Shown in pieces: positions 40,901-53,200 of a stretch of DNA of 64,000 nucleotides (the stretch's first letter is position 1; every line of letters begins with the position of its first letter). This stretch comes from Balanoglossus misakiensis (Eukaryota > Animalia > Hemichordata): NCBI GenBank assembly GCA_040954595.2, contig CM082584.2:3786110-3850109 (forward strand). The letters run 5' to 3'. A program made the position numbers and the translations under genes. The notes under the pieces were generated by a model. That model made no database searches, was not told the origin of the DNA, and saw only the letters and a list, made by a program, of their open reading frames with translations.

Positions 40901-43900
40901 TATGTACCTTGTTGTATTTGCCATAGGAGTATTTGCCACTTCTCCAAACCTCATATAATTTCGACAAAATATGCTAACGACCACAAATTCTATGATCATA
41001 TTTTACTCAGGGACGTGGTGATTACAATGCTTGGGTCAAATCCTACAAATTACGATACATCGACGACTCTACTTGGAAATATGTGACTGATTCCATGGGC
41101 AATGAAAAGGTATTATACATCACATAATTTTTCAATGACACAAAGTATTGACGCACTGGCACGATTGAAGTTGTACAGGCCGCATGTATACCAACACGCA
41201 AATAATGGTGCAACTGACGGCTACAATCTTCCAGCAATGTTCAATTTTGAAATCGCGTCTATATACCTGTGTAGTAGTCCTTTTTAATATTGGAAGACAA
41301 TTTATAGGTAACGACAAAAAATTAAAGCTACAAGCAGCATTGTCGGACCCGAGCGCTGATCTCGAATTATATATGCACATTATGAATGAGAAGAAACATA
41401 ATGCTCTATCAGGTGTTTTATCTCATGAGGTAACAAGGACGTATGTATTTTTGGTGCTTATATAGAGTAAAGTAGGTCAAAGGTCACCTGGGGCCACTCA
41501 AAATTTGGGAAATTAATTGTGACCCCATACTGGTCCATGTCCAACAAAAACCAAAACTCTGGCTCTATTGGTTCGCCTGTAATTAGGTATGTGCATATTT
41601 AATGCGGTCAGCAGGTGTCACAGATAATCCCAAAATTTGGCTTTACATTTTGATCCCATCCTGCCAAATGCCAAGGCTGTATCTGGTCTGGATGCAGAGA
41701 TATGCGAAAATAGGCCAAAGGTCACCTGAGGTCACCAAACATTTGGGCAAAAGATGTTGACCCCATACTGGTCCATGTCCAACAAAAAGCAAAACTCTAG
41801 CTCTATTGGTGCGCCTGTAATTAGCTATGCACATAATTAATGAGGTCAGCAGAGGTCAAAGGGGTCATGAAAAGTAGCAAAATAATTTGATCACCACATG
41901 CATCAAAAACCAAACGCCTAGCCCTATAGGTTAGCCTGGAAATAGATATGCAGAAATAATGATGTGTGAAAAGTAGGTCAAAGGTCATGTGAAAAATCGC
42001 CAAAAATTTGTAACATATTTTAGTCATATGATGATTGATATCCATAAAAAGAATTTGCATGCTATCAAATTTTTGGACCAGCAAAAATTTCAATTTTTCA
42101 CTGTTTTTTACAAAATCCAATATGGCCACCATAATCTTCGACCAATAACAATGCTCTTTGCAAACTTGATAGACCTCAGTTTAGTGATCATACTCCCGGA
42201 ATCTTGCGACTCAGTTATCGCCCGTTCTGGACGAAGATTTATGGAGTTTTACAATGGTTTTTCGAAAATCCAATATGGCCGCCATAATTTTCGACCAATC
42301 ACAATGTAGGCGGCTGCACTTATGAAATAAAAGGGCATTACCCAAAAAAATTGCAACAACAGGTTTCTCAACGGTTTTCTGTAGTATTGAATCTCCTTAA
42401 TAACATATAAAAAATTCTACCAAAATCCGATGGCCGGAAATGTGTAATTTTTAAGGTTTTACCCAAGATGGCCACCGCATACGTAAGTTTCCATATTTTA
42501 GTACTGTATATTCTAATTTTCTTGTTTTTGAAATATATTGTTATCCATGACTTTTTAATACAATTAAGAGAAAAATTGGGTGTTCCTATTCCATAGGATT
42601 TTGGTAGACTTTTTATATGTTATTAAGGAAATTCAATATACAGAAAACCGTTGAGAAACCATATTTTCAGCCGACTAATGATCTTCGCAAAGTTGATAGA
42701 CATCAGTTAGGTCACCATATACCCCAAACCCCGTGTCTCAGTTATCACCGGTTCTGGAGAAGAAGATTATTGAAATTTAAACCAGATTTCAGAAAAAAAA
42801 ATTGTAAAAAAACTGCAACTTTGACAGCATATTCCAATTGCAAAAATGACGGGCAGAAGGTAGACTACCTGCACACCAAATTTAGTCCATGGGCCAGACA
42901 GGAATTTGGTATCAGAAAGATGGACAAAGCCTCACATGGTTTTTTGGAAAGGCCTATATCTCTAGATTATAAATTGCGGTGATAGCCCTGCCTATCGAGT
43001 AGCTTTCTGCATTTTTTCCCTCAAAAACTAATGTAAGAACATAAAAATTTCCGACCCAAATTTTGGGGGTAGGGGAACTTTAAATTGCTGTAACTCCAGC
43101 AAAACTAAAGCCAGAACAGTCATTTACCACTCAAATTGTGTTTTTTTTAGAACTCTACCAATATAATATATTTTGGTGGTAATTCGTTTTGAATTGAGGT
43201 CAATAGAGGTCAAAAGGTCATGAAATTTGGGTCATTCTGAAAATTTGTAGTATGACTATTTCTTGAACGATTTTTTTTAACTTAAGTCTTCAAATGTCAT
43301 TTACAAGATAAAATACTTTCCCAGAATCTATTTCAAACCAATAGAAAACCTTATTATTCATTTATGACCAGAAAAACACAAATAAAGAGAAACGACAGAA
43401 AGACATCCAATTTTCCACTCAGATTTAAGGGTAGGGGAAACTTAAGTTCTTGTAACTCCGGCAAAAATAAACCCAGAACAGTCATCTACCACTCAAATTG
43501 TGTTTTTTTTAGAACTCTACCAATATAATATATTTTGGTGGTAATTCGTTTTGAATTAAGGTCAATAGAGGTCAAAAGGTCATGAAATTTGGGTCATTCT
43601 GAACATTTGTAGTATGACTATTTCTTGAACGATTTTTTTGAACTTATAAGTCTTTAAATGTCATTTAGAAGATACAATACTCTCCCAGAATCTATTTCAA
43701 ACCAATAAAAAACCCTATTATTCAATTACGATCAGAAAAACACAAATACAGAGATACGGAAGAATGGCACAAGACTTCAGACCCTGATATTGGGGTAGGG
43801 GAAACTTAAGTTGTTGTAACTCCGGCAAAAATAAAGCCAGAAAAGTCATCTACCTCTCAAATTGTGTGTTTTTTAGCACTCTAGCGATTGTATATGTATT

Positions 43901-46900
43901 TGTTGCAATTTTGTTTTGAATTTAGGTCAAAGAGGTCAAAAGATCACAAGATTTGGGTAATTTCGAAAAATTATGGTACGAACATTTCCCGCATTAATTT
44001 TTTAAACCCAAGTCTTCAAATGTCATTTATGAGATAAAATACTCTACACGATTTTTTTTCAGACCAATTGAAGACCTTATTATTCAATTACAATCAGAAA
44101 AAAAATTAGTAGAGAAACGGGATAATAACAAACAATTTCCCACGGATTTTGGGGTAGGTTTGGCCATCTAACAGGTAAGTATACACCCAACTGATCATGC
44201 ACATATGGTATTTAGGAGAACGGATGTGCAAATTTGTGAACCTTTGCATGCTGCTCATGTGCACTGTACTTGTATGATGATTCCTAACAATACTACGAGA
44301 AGGGGCCATTATAGCATTGTAGCTCTGATTGTGTATTATTGTTGGATACCATCCTACAGTGTACAGGCACAGCAGATGACAAGCCAAGCAAAGGTTCAAA
44401 AATCTGCTTATTTTTTTTCCTCAACACAATATGAGCATGATCTATTTATATTCAGGTCCAGTATAATAAATAAAAAAATGGCCTCGTCACTCTACAAGAT
44501 CACGCCTCCTGGATAACTTTGCTGAATACAGCTAACATACAAAAATACAAACCAATTCAGGACCTCGCCATTGGTTTGGGCGAAGGTGAAATTCCTCAGG
44601 TGCAGTACCATCGGAAATGCCGAAGTCTCTTTACGATGAAAAAGGCTCTTGAATCTATCCTTTCTAAAGAGCAGTCGTCATCAACTGAGGGAACCAATAC
44701 ACTGGAACGTAAAAAAGAGGTCGAGCATACAGGGGTCTCGGTGTGATCACATTTGCCTATTTTGCTCCACCACCAAGTACATGAAGGGAAGTAGGACAAG
44801 AGCTCCTTTAGTTCGTTGTCAGCAATTGCGTGCGGACAACACATTAAGGGAGGCAGCAACAAGAAAAAACGACAGTAAAATTCGTGCACTTCTCAGTCGT
44901 GAGTTGGTTGCTGCTGAGGGTCACTATCATAGAAAGTGTTATAGGGACTATACAAGGCCTGATATTCAAGCAAGTTCAAGTCATATGGAGGTTGATGAAA
45001 GTCAACATGATCAAGATACTAGTTATGAGGATGTCCTGCAAATTGCTCAAGAAGAGTTATTTTCTTTTATCAGAAATGATTTGTTCACAAACCCTGAGGT
45101 AGTTCCCCTGACTGATCTATCAAACAAGTTAGTTACCAAAATGCTCCAACTTGGTGTTAAACAGGTTAACAATTCCACCAACAAAACTTGCAGCATACGC
45201 TAATTACGGAATTCAAAGGGACATTGATTTTTTTTTAATGATGTAAATGGTAGGGTGCTTGTATATCCGTCATCACTAGATATAGGTACTGTTGACCTGA
45301 AGTACAATGCTGTAAGAAAAGAACTTCTTGCAGCAGAAAAGCAATCACATGAAAGTATCATCACCACATCTGCTCTAATCCTGCTTACGCTGCTTGAATA
45401 TCAGGCCTTGTATAGTCCATATAACACTTACTAAGATAGTGACCCTCAGCAGCAACCAACTCAAAACTGAGAAGTGCACGAATTTTACTGTCATTTTTCT
45501 TGGTGCTGCCTCCCTAAATGTGTTGTCCGTACGCAATTGCTGACAACGAACTAAAGGAGCTCTTGTCCTACTTCCCTTCATGTACTTGGTGGTGGAGCAA
45601 AATAGGCAAATGTGATCACACCGACACCCTTGTATGCTCGACCTCTTTTTTACGTTCCAGTGTATTGGTTCCCTCAGTTGATGACGACTGCTCTTTAGAA
45701 AGGATAGATTCAAGAGCCTTTTTCATCGTAAAGAGACTTCGGCATTTCCGATGGTACTGCACCTGAGGAATTTCACCTTCGCCCAAACCAATGGCGAGGT
45801 CCTGAATTGGTTTGTATTTTTGTATGTTAGCTGTATTCAGCAAAGTTATCCAGGAGGTGTGATCTTGTAGAGTAACGAGGCTTGCTTTATGGTCGGATTC
45901 ATGACAGTCGAGAAAACAATCCCGTCGAGCCCTCTTGTGTGGAATAGAAGATGGGCTTGCCATTTTTTATTTATTATACTGGACCTGAATATAAATAAAT
46001 CATGCTCATATTGTGTTGAGGAAAAAAAAATAAGCAGATTTTTGAACCTTTGCTTGGCTTGTCATCTGCTGTGCCTGTACACTGTAGAATGGTATCCAAC
46101 AATAATACACAATCAGAGCTACAATGCTATAATGGCCCCTTCTCGTAGTATTGTTAGGAATCATCATACAAGTACAGTGCACATGAGCAGCATGCAAAGG
46201 TTCACAAATCTGCACATCCGTTCTCCTAAACACCATATGTGCATGATCAGTTGGGTGTATACTTACCTGTTAGATGGCCAAACCTACCCCAAAATCCGTG
46301 GGAAATTGTTTGTTATTATCCCGTTTCTCTACTAATTTTTTCTGATTGTAATTGAATAACAAGATCTTCAATTGGTTCGGGAAAAAATGGTGTAGAGTAT
46401 TTTATCTCATAAATGACATTTGAAGACTTGGGTTTAAAAAATTAATGCGGGAAATGTTCGTACCATAATTTTTCGAAATTACCCAAATCTTGTGATCTTT
46501 TGACCTCTTTGACCTAAATTCAGAACAAAATTGCAACAAATACATATACAATCGCTAGAGTGCTAAAAAACACACAATTTGAGAGGTAGATGACTTTTCT
46601 GGCTTTATTTTTGCCGGAGTTACAACTACTTAAGTTTCCCCTACCCCAATATCAGGGTCTGAAGTCTTGTGCCATTCTTCCGTATCTCTGTATTTGTGTT
46701 TTTCTGATCGTAATTGAATAATAGGGTTTTTTATTGGTTTGAAATAGATTCTGGGAGAGTATTGTATCTTCTAAATGACATTTAAAGACTTATAAGTTCA
46801 AAACAATCGTTGAAGAAATAGTCATACTACAAATGTTCAGAATGACCCAAATTTCATGACCTTTTGACCTCTATTGGCCTTAATTCAAAACGAATTACCA

Positions 46901-48167
46901 CCAAAAATATATTATATTGGTAGAGTTCTAAAAAACACACAATTTGAGTGGTAGATGACTGTTCTGGGTTTATTTTTGCCGGAGTTACAAGAACTTAAGT
47001 TTCCCCTACCCTTAAATCTGAGTGGAAAATTGGATGCCTTTCTGTCGTTTCTCCTTATTTGTGTTTTTCTGGTCATAAATGAATAATAAGATTTTCTATT
47101 GGTTTGAAATACATTCTGGGAGAGTATTTTATCTTCTGAATGACATTTAAAGACTTAAGTTCAAAAAAATCGTTCAAGAAATAGTCATACTACAAATTTT
47201 CAGAATGACCCAAATTTCATGACCTTTTGACCTCTATTGACCTCAATTCAAAACGAATTACCACCAAAATATATTATATTGGTAGAGTTCTAAAAGACAC
47301 ACAATTTGAGTGGTAAATGACTGTTCTGGCTTTAGTTTTGCTGGAGATACAGCAATTTAAAGTTCCCCTACCCCCAAAATTTGGGTCGGAAATTTTTATG
47401 TTCTTACATTAGTTTTTGAGGGAAAAAATGCAGAAAGCTACTCGATAGGCAGGGCTATCACCCCAATTTATAATCTAGAGATATAGGCCTTTCCAAAAAA
47501 CCACATGAGGCTTTGTCCATCTTTCTGATACCAATTCATGAAAAATCGGGTCCTGGCCCATGGACTAATTTGAAGTCGATCTGACTTGTTTCTGAAATTT
47601 GCATTTTTTCAGAAAATCCATTATGGCCGTCATGTCACGTGACTAATTAAAAATTCAAAGGTTCAATGCACGACTACTCATTGACCTTGACCACTGTAGC
47701 AAGTTTGAGAAGTGTTTCTTCAGCTGTGTCTGAGATCTAGATCGACAAAGAATTGACACAAGAATAAAGAAAGACACAAAACTCCAACGAAACCAATAGG
47801 GCCCAAGCGCTTTCGTGCGCATGGGCCCTAAAAACACAAATCGTTGTTTCCTCGACGCATTTTCGAAAACAAAACAACCATTATCCTACTTTTCTATCTG
47901 GTACAATGTCATGACTACTGAGAGAATATGAGCAATTGCTGAAAGAAAATATCCAAATAGCATTTACTTGCTGAACATTTTGCAGCCATTTAGTTATATT
48001 CAAAATCTTATTCTTCATTGCAGTTGTTTTCCGGGAACTACGACAGGAACACAATTGTCTACCACGATTTATTGAGCAGCGCCTTCATCGCTCAATACGT
48101 TAGATTTTACATGATGACGTGGCACGCTTATATATGTATGCGAGCTGAAGTCTACGCATGTGAATAA
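37957..48167 (+). CDS. secreted C-type lectin domain + F5/8 type C (discoidin) domain protein, ~312 aa, 7 exons
   Basis: In-phase exons 37957-38047 (signal peptide MLQRKLIVLIFVCVLSL), 38260-38412, 38836-38921, 40034-40178, 40580-40800, 41011-41109, 48024-48167. CTLD motifs: CEDKW..Y.GKCYY, LWIGATD...EGRWKWEDG, QPD, EHCA, WCD..C..FVCEK. FA58C motifs: GIESGAIPDSQMTASS, WLQIDLG, VATQGR, FSGNYDRNTIV, CMRAEVYAC*. Confidence 0.92.
41470..42882. repeat. host dispersed repeat (GGTCAAAGGTCA-rich, ~240-bp tandem duplication) interrupted by the foldback transposon; resumes at 47571-47830
   Basis: 41470-41700 is duplicated at 41710-41950. Removing 42883-47570 restores CACCAAATT|TGAAGTCGATCTGAC. A nested small inverted repeat lies at 42362-42428/42596-42661, and a terminal hairpin GGGCCCAAGCGC-TTTC-GTGCGCATGGGCCC at ~47799-47828. 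Confidence 0.65.
44478..45390 (+). pseudogene. Academ-type transposase N-terminal fragment (frameshifted, truncated)
   Basis: QYHRKCRSLFT, CLFC..TKYMKGSRTRAPLVRC, RELVAAEGHYHRKCYRDYT and NGRVLVYPSSL. The LVAAE.xYH..CY motif resembles Academ transposases, which is my recognition and not a search result. Confidence 0.75.
45391..45963 (-). pseudogene. inverted second copy of the same transposase N-terminus
   Basis: ORFs 45616..45963 and 45375..45713 mirror 44519..44746 and 44649..44972. This copy retains an ATG-proximal ~75-bp segment that is deleted in the left arm. Confidence 0.8.
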
Positions 48168-48287
48168 TGTACAATCGATATAGAATGTGGCGGCTTGTTA
48201 CCGTTTGGTTATTGTGAAAATTCTGTTGTTAAAAACAATTTCAGTTAGCAATAAAATATGATCTTACATCAAAAATTTTAGTCAACC

Positions 48288-48345
48288 ATGTATGTATGTA
48301 TGTATGTACGTATGTATGTATGTATGTATGTATGTATGTATGTAT
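48288..48345. repeat. (TATG)n microsatellite just downstream of the lectin gene stop codon
   Basis: Directly visible. Confidence 0.95.
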
Positions 48346-50249
48346 AATTGAATGTAGTGGTCAAGTAGCACCAACTCTCAGACACAATATTCTTCACTAC
48401 AAATTAATTTTATTTTCTGACATTTTGAGGGGCCTATCCCACTTCATTGGGGTAAAACTGAAATAAACGATACAAAAAGTAACAAATGAATGGTATTACA
48501 AAAGAGGTTTATAAACTTCAAATAATCATTCTTGAGTCGCATAATAGGTAGTAGCCTTTACAGAAATCATGATGTAATCACTTGCAGAAAGTCAAAGTGG
48601 AACTGATAGATGATATGAATGTATGGGTGTGAGATTATGCAAGAATGACACCCCAAAACAATCTGCATAAAAGGTAGAAAAACTTTTCTCAATCACACTA
48701 CAGTGACTACAAACAGGAAAAGAATTACTATAAAGATAATAAAAAAAAGATAAAACCAAACAATATAAGAAATAAGGATCATTCAAATGTCAGCGAAAAA
48801 CTAAATAAATGAATAGAATAAATGCCTTCTAAAAACAACTCAACTTATGATAAAACATATATAGCGTGAGGAAAGAATTTGACAAAATTACAAGTATAGG
48901 TAACTCTCTATTGAATCCCCTTGGTTACATAGTGTCCAAGAAAAGATCCAATTCAGTACTGTAATATGCCTGGTGTGTTTATTATTTTTACACAGGGATT
49001 CAAAAATGCCCACTTTCATGTTTTTAACAGAGTGCTCAGGTTGATAAAATGTCGGCTCAAAAATAGGGCTGGATTATCAGTTTAGTTGTTTTACATTTTA
49101 TCATACTTCTGTGTCAAGTGATTCTGTATCTTCATTTGTCTTTGGTTTGATTGGCATACTGACAACAATAAATGACACAAAATGAACTATACAGTCCCAC
49201 ATGTTCTATATTACAGTCAAACTGTCCATGTAATTATTTGCCATTAGTGTGACTAGTAATTTTGTTTGTGGAAAACATGAGTGAACACATAAAAAAACGA
49301 AACAGATAAAAACAAACAACATAAGAAATAAGGATCACTCAAATGTCAGCAAAAAAAAACAAAATAAATGAATGGTATTACACAAAGTCCTGAACCCTTT
49401 GATCTGTCGTTTGAGTTGTCTTTCTAATGATTTTTCTTCCATAACATACAAACAATACAAAAAATAAATAATTAATAATAAATACAATATGTCAAGTATA
49501 AACAGAAAAAAAATATTTCAAAATAGATTAAGTCAAAAATTCAGGTATTACAAACAGTATCCTGAGATTTCTCCCCAAACATGTCGTAGGCGATCATATC
49601 CACTGGTATAGGGGTAAGGGACCATGTTCAGGGGTAACTCACTGACCACCTTACAAATTCAAGGACACATGTTATCTCTCCAGCAAACTTAGTAAGAATG
49701 GCTACAAGCATGAGGTTTGCTAAATTAAAAGGAAATATGAAGAATAATGAGCCGAAAAGTACAATTTCAACATTTCAGTAACTACTTAAAACATGTCTAG
49801 ACACACAAGAGAGAAGCATCAGGCTTCACTGAGCAATGAATCTCTGATGTTGAAAATCACACCTCAAGAAACGCGCAAGTATTTTGTTGGACGGTATGAT
49901 AAAAGGCCAATGATGGCCTTTTGCGCATGTGTGTAATTTCGTGTGTACAAAAATTTCGTCAAATACAAAACTTCTGCAAATTTTTGCATTCAATGCAATT
50001 AAATAGTGGACTGCCTTCACTTCCTTCCATATTTCATGCACTCCGTATAAGCAGACTTAACAGTTGTCCCATCTTTTCATCCAATTTGCTGCCTTTTCCC
50101 AATCTCCGACACAGACCATCTTGTCTGATGTCAAGACAGCACACTGTCTTATCATGGCATTGACTGTATACAATTTTTTGTAACCAGGGTCTCTGGTTTG
50201 GCACATGCGCATAAGACGGTCATTGCCCTTTAACTACTAACAGATAATT

Positions 50250-53200
50250 TTACATCAAATCAGACTGCAACTCTGTTGAACTGATGGACGGAGTTCCGCT
50301 TAAGTCAAGGTCATTCAGATCTATGGTCATGTCAATATCTGACAATGGACTCACTGTAAAGAAAAACAAAGGGTAAAAATATATGCAGACATTAAAACAT
50401 TGTTATACTAATATAAAACTCATTTTCTCATTTTTTTTTACATTTCATTCACATAAATGAAGAGAGCAAAACTGTTATTCAGATTTTCCTTTTTCTTTTT
50501 CTGCATATCAATAATAACAAATTATATATAATGACAGGACAATCAATGCCTCTAGAGCTGCCTCTTTGCTGTTCTGATCTCAGATGTCAGCGACACAATG
50601 TGGACATCTGAGAACAGAACAGCCAAGAATCAGCAAATGTAAAGATGGAGTCAAGTCTACATCCAATTTTAATCAGATCAGGGCAAACCTAACATGCTTT
50701 CTGCTGAACTACTACTAAAACACCTTTCCCAGCCGAGACTGACTGGTTTAAGACAGCTAGTGTGTCAATGTTAATCATTTGAGCAGACTTACAACCTACA
50801 CCTACAGAGGGAGATGATGATTTTCAGCTATAAGCCCCACTAGAATCTGCCCCTAATGTGTATAATGTTTATCTTACCTTCAAAATCAGTAATGTTGCTT
50901 TTGAGTTTAAATGATGGATCATTATTTGGAAGAGCTGTACCACTAAAATCGAAGTCACTCAGAGATAAGTCAGATATATATCCATCAAATGGCTTCTTCA
51001 TATTAATATCTGTATTTTAAAAAAGTATAAATGTAACATGAATTTCAAATAAGACTTAGATCACCCTAGAGTACTAAGAGTATTATTAGAGCGATATCAT
51101 AGCAAAATGTTTCAAATGTTGACACAAGCATAAAACTTTCAGGAAAATTTAATAGTCATTCACTTAGCGAGAAAACAATGTTAACCATCGAAAACTCAAA
51201 GGTGGCCGCCATTTTAATACTAAAATAAAAAATTTGAAAAAATGAATTAAAGCATTTTCATACCATGTTTTTACTAAGTCTATTTATAAATTATATGCCA
51301 TTTCTCCGTTTTATCAGAAATGACTTTCTGCTAGCCACGATACTAATAAAAAGGATATTACTACAAAATTCAACTTACGGCTCGTGCTATATGTCTCGAA
51401 TTGTACCCAAATCTCGTGTATACCTGCCTGTGGCAGGGGTTATTGCTTAAGTATCTATCAACATACTCATAGTTGTACCAATACAAGATTAAACCAGTCA
51501 AAATTTCAGATGTGAATCATGGTATTCCAGTAAATCCATTCAAAGCAACCATTATTTGCCCAATTTCACTACGAATGGAACAGCCTAACTTTGAGAAGGA
51601 TGATGGTGGTAAAAATGATTGCCAAGGCCCCCCCCCCCTCAAAAAAAAAACATTCTCTTATTTCATTCACTGCATCGTTATCTCCGAAATTGTTTTTACA
51701 CAACTTTTTATTTTCAAGTTATTTCGCGAAAATTTATTGCTCGCGAAAATAACGTTTTACAGTACGTTTTTTAGAGGGCACACTGTACATAGTGTTGGCT
51801 ATGAGCTTCTTCACACAGACATTTGTTGATTCCCCTACACTTTATAAAATGAAATTGTACTATCCCTTTAGTGGAAGCTTGCCAACCTACCTGTATTTTG
51901 TAGCTTATCCACATCTCCATTAAAATGTCCAAAGTCAATACTTCTCTTGTTTTCAAGCTCTGTAATAGTGCCCAATAATTTGGCCATTTCAGTTCTAATT
52001 ATCAAACAGACACAAGGAAATTGAAACATGTGAGATACTTGTACGTAATGAATGAATAACTGCAAATAAATTCTAAAATTAATATTTTTCTATGATTGAT
52101 AATATTATAAATAAATATTTATAAACTGCTATGAATACTTTAAACTGTCTTTCAATGAGAGGAAATCAATTTATCATTTCACAAATTAATGCCATGATGT
52201 GTTTGCCTCTCCAGAGGGCGCTGTACATGCTCTTTGGCTTTTTAGAGACGCAGTCAAGTCGTCTTTCCAAATCCACAATCAGAGCTCAGGGGCTCTGATT
52301 GGCTGTTATCATGTAGATGCTGCAATATATCCTCTTTAACTGTGACATAAGCAGGCAACCATGGTGATGTTTTCAGGAGAACGCCTTTGGGGGAATCAGT
52401 TACCTTCCCTCAAAGCGAATGCCACTTCAGTGATTGCATTGGCTGTACGAAACGAAGATTTGGAGAGAAGTCTGAACCACGTTTGTGAAAAGCCAACACA
52501 GGACCACTGAATTCAAAATGGATTTGTTCACCACTGGACTTATGACAGCGATAATGATAGGTCTTACCTGATCTGTGTCAACTGTACTTGTGTACTCTGA
52601 TTACTGTGTAGTGTGTCATTCAAGTCACGATTTTGACGTCTCTGACTGTCATGTACACTGCCAATGTTCTGTAGTTTGACCAAAAGAAAAAAAAAGACTA
52701 TAAATTGTATCGAACGAAACAATATGCAGCAATGGTAATCCAAGGCTTTCTCAACCATTCTGTGCATTTATCAGAAAAGATGAGCTAAAATCATTTGTTC
52801 ATTTGAAAAAGATATGTAGTACACGTAGTTGTAGAGCTTAAAGGGACAAAGTCTCTTTTTCACTTCCCTTTTTCATTAATTATGTTTGATGCAAGACACT
52901 GTTTATGTTATTCTAAATGTGGATATATAGTTAATGAACGTTCAACCAAACGCAACTTCCATCTCGTTTGTAAGATATGAGAGTAAAAATCTCACCAAAA
53001 TGAATAACTGGTAGAGAAAAAGGGCAGCCAGAGAGAGACTTTGTCCCTTTAAAGTTTTTGAGTAAAAACTCCATGTTACAAATGAAGTAATCAGACAGGC
53101 ATGTAAGATACATTTACCTTATCCAGTTTTTCAACTCTTCTGCCAAGATCCTTAGTTTCTGCTTGTTGACTTGTTAAATCAACATCGTGGTTCAGAAGTT

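Larger units (their letters stand above)
42883..47567. mobile_element. Academ-like DNA transposon derivative: foldback of two inverted 5' ends (~2.1-kb arms, 418-bp spacer), 3-bp TSD ATT
   Basis: ATT|TAGTCCATGGGCCAG ... CTGGCCCATGGACTA|ATT. Arm 42883-44972 is the reverse complement of 45391-47567. Each arm has ~363-bp subterminal tandem repeats and the transposase N-terminus. Confidence 0.9.

Noticed and set aside
44106-46335. Mirror-image ORFs of 97, 103, 148 and 76 aa (MNLCLACHLL..., MVFRRTDVQI...)
   Set aside because: These are chance ORFs in the transposon 5' leader, duplicated by the inverted arms.
42883-47567. Giant inverted repeat as an assembly fold-back artefact
   Set aside because: The arms differ by substitutions and indels. 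They end exactly at transposon termini with an ATT TSD, and the host repeat and gene continue colinearly on both sides.
48750-49380. ~60-bp direct repeat (ATAAGAAATAAGGATCA.TCAAATGTCAGC) between convergent 3' ends
   Set aside because: It is a short AT-rich local duplication with no element structure.
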